Of a stretch of 64,000 nt of DNA, positions 60,688 through 64,000 are shown in pieces. The notes beneath the pieces are model-generated. The model saw only the letters and a list, made by a program, of their open reading frames with translations. It ran no database searches and was not told the DNA's origin. Positions within the stretch are counted from its first letter, which is position 1, and every line of letters begins with the position of its first letter. This stretch comes from a virus, in IMG/VR virus record IMGVR_UViG_3300047440_000580, positions 2,332 to 66,331 of that record; one strand, written 5' to 3'. Both the position numbers and the translations under genes were made by a program.

Positions 60688-60720
60688 GCCCCCGGTGGCC
60701 AACGGCTACCGGGGGCTTTT
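60688..60720 (+). terminator. intrinsic terminator
   Basis: GCCCCCGGTGGCC-AAC-GGCTACCGGGGGC + TTTT. Confidence 0.8.
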
Positions 60721-60886
60721 CTATGCCCACGGGACGCCTCGCCTCTAAGCCCTGGCCAGATACCTCTAGCTCGACATAGAACGAGGGGCCCAGCTCTTCT
60801 CCTCCCAGATCCGCCTCTAAGCCCCTGCTACTCTACGCGCGCGCGAGGGGCCGTATCGCGGGCGGGTATCGGGCGAGGCCATCTCT

Positions 60887-61177
60887 TCACCCGCCCCAGT
60901 AGCACCTCCCGTACTGCGCCAGGTAGTCCCGGTGCGCCTGCCCGCTTCTTCCACAGTCGAAGCACGGCCTCTCTAGCTCCTCGAACTTCTCGAGGAAGAG
61001 AGACATGGGCCGGTCCCAGGGCAGGTCCTTCTTGAACTGAGGGGGTGACTCCTCGTAGACGGCCCTCTCCTCCTGGGTCTCGCTGTCCCTTGTCACGCTG
61101 AGGAGCACGTAGGTCTGCCTGGTCTTCAGGTTGACGTACTCTCTCCCTGGCTTGATCGCGTCTCTCCTCATGCTCAT
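60887..61177 (-). CDS. DUF1653-like protein
   Basis: PGREYVNLKTRQTYVLLSV.RDSET.E..VYE....W.RP.S.F.EKF. Confidence 0.7.
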   Translation of the reverse strand: MSMRRDAIKPGREYVNLKTRQTYVLLSVTRDSETQEERAVYEESPPQFKKDLPWDRPMSLFLEKFEELERPCFDCGRSGQAHRDYLAQYGRCYWGG

Positions 61178-61452
61178 GTCTGCCCGACCTCCTCTTCGAT
61201 CTCGTTGTACAGGTCGTAGAACTCCTCTTGCCCGAGGCTGTCCTCCCCGATCAGGTCCATCGTCTTCCTGAGGAGTACCTTCAGCCTCTCGTTCTCCTCT
61301 TCGGCGGTCTCTTTGCTCAGTTCTTTGTTGGCCGCCCGCGCCCTGCCCTTCAGGGGCTTGTCGGACTTCATGATGCCCTTGCAGGTACGGCACCTCCGCT
61401 CCGTCTTCGGGGAGTTGTGTCTGGCCGTCTTTCCCTTGCCGTATTTCTGCAT
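61174..61452 (-). CDS. hypothetical protein
   Basis: 92 aa; CxxC then coiled coil. Confidence 0.6.
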   Translation of the reverse strand: MQKYGKGKTARHNSPKTERRCRTCKGIMKSDKPLKGRARAANKELSKETAEEENERLKVLLRKTMDLIGEDSLGQEEFYDLYNEIEEEVGQT

Positions 61453-61455
61453 GTC

Positions 61456-61854
61456 TTAGCCCACCTTGTTCCAGATGGAGTTGGCTTGCCGCGCCGATTC
61501 CGTCTGGCGATCGTACTCCTCGGCCTGTCTACGTTCCTCCGCCCGACGGACCGGGTCGTGAAAGAACGGGCCCTTGATCTCCTTCCCGGGCTTCAGGGTG
61601 TAGCGTCTGGTCTCGGGGTGCTGGACCATCCAGAGGGAGATCAGGCCCTGGCGGTTGCCCGAGCCGTAGAAGTTCGTGCACCAGAATCCGCGGGTGGTCC
61701 GGCCGCCGGAGCCACGCTCGAAGAAGTCCCAGTCGGGGTGGGCCTTCACGAACACGAAGTGCTGCATCTCGGCGAAGCTCATGCCGCGGTCTCCACGGGC
61801 CTGGATCTCGCGGAGCAGCTGCTCGGTGACGGTGGGGGCCTTGGTTTTATCCAT
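61456..61854 (-). CDS. hypothetical protein (leaderless)
   Basis: TGTACA-17-TATATT then ATG after 6 nt. Confidence 0.65.
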   Translation of the reverse strand: MDKTKAPTVTEQLLREIQARGDRGMSFAEMQHFVFVKAHPDWDFFERGSGGRTTRGFWCTNFYGSGNRQGLISLWMVQHPETRRYTLKPGKEIKGPFFHDPVRRAEERRQAEEYDRQTESARQANSIWNKVG

Positions 61855-61907
61855 GGTCTTAATATATCACGGAGTTTCCCTCGTGTACACAGGAATGTGT
61901 GAAGATT

Positions 61908-62234
61908 CTACCACTCGATGCGGTGCCAAATGGACTTGACCTCGCGCTCCGCCTCCCACTTGGCCATGTTGGCCGTGAGCTCCGCTTCCGAGGCCTTCCA
62001 CCGGGCGTGCTTCTCCGGGTCGTAGACGTAGACCGCGGTCGGGGTGGTCGTGCCGCCGAGCGGGCCTTTCTTGGTGCAGGTGATCATGTGGCCGACGGCG
62101 CCCAGGGCCGACTCGTACGGGGAGCTCGGGCTTCCGCCGAAGTTCTGGTACTTCTTGCCCGCCTCGCCCAGGGTGAACTCCCGGTCCACGGTCTGGACCC
62201 AGTCGGCGAGGCGGGATTTGATGGTGTCGGCCAC
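61908..62234 (-). CDS. hypothetical protein
   Basis: 108 aa. Confidence 0.6.
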   Translation of the reverse strand: MADTIKSRLADWVQTVDREFTLGEAGKKYQNFGGSPSSPYESALGAVGHMITCTKKGPLGGTTTPTAVYVYDPEKHARWKASEAELTANMAKWEAEREVKSIWHRIEW

Positions 62235-62235
62235 G

Positions 62236-62727
62236 TTACTTCGCCGCGGCCAGCAGCTTCGTCTGGAGCTTCAGCTTGAAGCTGTTGATCTGCTCGAGGA
62301 CGGTGCGGCCCTCGTCGGTCTGCTCGAGGAAGCGCTTCAGGATCTCGTTCTTGGCCCGCTGCTTGTTGCCCTCGAGCTCGTTCCGCACGGTGCGGAGGCG
62401 CTGCAGCTCCGCCTGGACGGCGTGCATGCGGCCGACGCGGGCGGTGAGGGCGCCCACGTTCTTCAGCTCGGCCGAGAGGCTCAGCTGGATCTTCGACTTG
62501 TCGTTCCAGCTCTCGCGGATGTTGACGGTGGCGGAGGTCAGGAGGGCGGCCACCTCGCTGAGGGGGAAGTTGCAGATGGTCTTGAGCTCCTCCTCCAGCG
62601 CGTGCTCCTGCGCCTTGAGCTCGGAGCTCATGCTCTCGATGATCAGCTCGATGACCTCGCTCTTGGTGAGCTTGGTCTCGACCGGGAGGGAGGGGGAACC
62701 GATGAGGGAGAGCTCGTTCTTCGACAT
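62236..62727 (-). CDS. coiled-coil hypothetical protein
   Basis: 163 aa; GGAG RBS; TGTACT-17-TATAAT promoter near 62770-62800. Confidence 0.7.
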   Translation of the reverse strand: MSKNELSLIGSPSLPVETKLTKSEVIELIIESMSSELKAQEHALEEELKTICNFPLSEVAALLTSATVNIRESWNDKSKIQLSLSAELKNVGALTARVGRMHAVQAELQRLRTVRNELEGNKQRAKNEILKRFLEQTDEGRTVLEQINSFKLKLQTKLLAAAK

Positions 62728-62817
62728 TTTGTGGGCTCCTCGGGTTGGTTTATTCCAACCTTATAGAATCATTATACTACAGAGTCTACTCGGAGTACAC
62801 AGGAATGAGTGGAGATT

Positions 62818-63054
62818 CTAGAACTCCGGGCACTGGCAGCGGCCGGTGTGCTTCCCTGAAGGGCAGGTCCCCTTCGGCTCGGGCACCGTGATCTGGTGCA
62901 GCTTCCAGTAGAGGGTGCCGCACTCGAAGTCTTCCGACATCTCGTCTTGCATGGCTGCCCGCTGCTGCGCGTCGGTCGGCTTCCGTCGCCAGCCCGTGTC
63001 CAGGACACCCTCGTCCCCGCTCTCGGTGTTCCACGTGATGATCCAGACTTTCAT
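62818..63054 (-). CDS. hypothetical protein
   Basis: MKVWIITWNTESG..., ATGA coupling. Confidence 0.55.
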   Translation of the reverse strand: MKVWIITWNTESGDEGVLDTGWRRKPTDAQQRAAMQDEMSEDFECGTLYWKLHQITVPEPKGTCPSGKHTGRCQCPEF

Positions 63055-63251
63055 TCGGCACGTCCCTCGCGGTATTCGATGCCCTCGTCCTCGGCCCACG
63101 CCATCGCTTCCTCCGCGGCCAGCTCCTGGGAGTCGTAGGCCCCGAGGCCCGTGTCCCAGGGCTCGTAGAATCCACCCATATCTGGATTCCACCAGAGCAT
63201 GACGGCCTTCCACCCGCCGATGGAGAGGTACGTCGTGATGTAGCGCGGCAT
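63051..63251 (-). CDS. hypothetical protein
   Basis: 66 aa. Confidence 0.6.
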   Translation of the reverse strand: MPRYITTYLSIGGWKAVMLWWNPDMGGFYEPWDTGLGAYDSQELAAEEAMAWAEDEGIEYREGRAE

Positions 63252-63656
63252 CTAGTGGATGCTCGGGCTCGGCTCGGGCGGACCGACGTCGTCCAGCGCC
63301 TCGACGGCCGCCATGACCGCGTTGCGGAAGGCGGAGATGTTGGCCCGCGATCCGCCGCCATGTCCGATGTGCCAGTCGTAGACCGGCAGGGCGCGGAACG
63401 TGCGGACGGACGGCAGGTCGCGGTCGTAGCCCCGCGTCTCCTTGTAGTCGTAGATCGTGTAGGTCTGCCCGCCGAAGGTGACGACCCACTCCGTCGAGAC
63501 CTTGTACCCGTCGCCCTCGCAGTTCGGGGGTCCGAGCAGCGTCCGGAGCGCCTTGTACGGCGCGCTCATGTAGCCGGCCAGGGAGCTGCCGTTGTGCTCG
63601 CCGCCGAGGGTGACGCCCGGGATCTTCGTCTTCGTCTTCATTTTGGTCTTCTCCAT
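63252..63656 (-). CDS. hypothetical protein (leaderless)
   Basis: TGTACA-17-TAGAAT then ATG after 6 nt; TIYDYK...WHIGHG. Confidence 0.65.
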   Translation of the reverse strand: MEKTKMKTKTKIPGVTLGGEHNGSSLAGYMSAPYKALRTLLGPPNCEGDGYKVSTEWVVTFGGQTYTIYDYKETRGYDRDLPSVRTFRALPVYDWHIGHGGGSRANISAFRNAVMAAVEALDDVGPPEPSPSIH

Positions 63657-63709
63657 TTTTTAATTCTATCACTAGATGCCCGCGGTGTACACCACTTTGT
63701 TCTACGTCT

Positions 63710-63991
63710 TCAGTCGTTGTAGATGGCGATGATGTACTTCCCGCAGTAGCTGGTGTAGAGCGTGGAGATCAGGTCGTTCTCCGCGTCGTACGTGCGGTCA
63801 ATCAGGGTGAAGAGGACCAGCTTGTCGGTCCGCTGGCTGCGCACCATGAAGCCCAGGTCGCAGGCGTCACTCCAGACCTGGGTGTGCATGATCGGGAAGT
63901 CCGACCGCTCCGCCACGCCGTGGTTTCCCTTCCACGTGAAGAGCGAGCCCATGTGGACGGGGAGCCCCTGCGGTCCGTCGGGCTTCTTCAC
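63710..63991 (-). CDS. hypothetical protein
   Basis: 93 aa. Confidence 0.6.
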   Translation of the reverse strand: MKKPDGPQGLPVHMGSLFTWKGNHGVAERSDFPIMHTQVWSDACDLGFMVRSQRTDKLVLFTLIDRTYDAENDLISTLYTSYCGKYIIAIYND

Positions 63992-64000
63992 TGGATCACC

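Overview
A 64 kb segment of a large, high-GC, T4-like (contractile-tail) bacteriophage genome; it does not look like cellular DNA. From left to right: (1) 0-7.7 kb, baseplate genes (gp6-like wedge, gp25-like, spike apparently split over two genes) and a gp55-like sigma factor. (2) 7.7-27.1 kb, a cluster of about 23 glycan genes: two HldE-type sugar kinases, an HldE-type nucleotidyltransferase, HAD phosphatase, transaldolase, RpiB, class II aldolase/epimerase, cupin, UDP-sugar dehydrogenase and epimerase, GT2/GT4/GT9 glycosyltransferases, methyltransferases and a deacetylase. (3) A Cas4/AddB-like nuclease and an AT-rich palindromic switch region. (4) 29.2-37.35 kb, a minus-strand array of about 46 tRNAs covering all 20 amino acids. 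The array also holds a compact bacterial A-type RNase P RNA, a circularly permuted (YrlA-like) tRNA module, several tRNAs with extra arms, degenerate tRNA-like RNAs and seven interleaved protein genes. (5) 37.6-48 kb, auxiliary and repair genes: fatty-acid hydroxylase, IscA, SLOG, DinG, MBD4-like and Fpg glycosylases, RtcB, peptide deformylase, 3D-domain protein and archaemetzincin. (6) 48-64 kb, small early-type genes driven by recurring extended -10 promoters, many apparently leaderless, with a RadA-like ATPase, an RNA-repair HAD protein and a duplicated gene. The most striking signal is the RNA array, which looks like a phage-encoded tRNA supply, maturation, repair and mimicry system. All calls come from manual reading and motif recognition; no searches were run.
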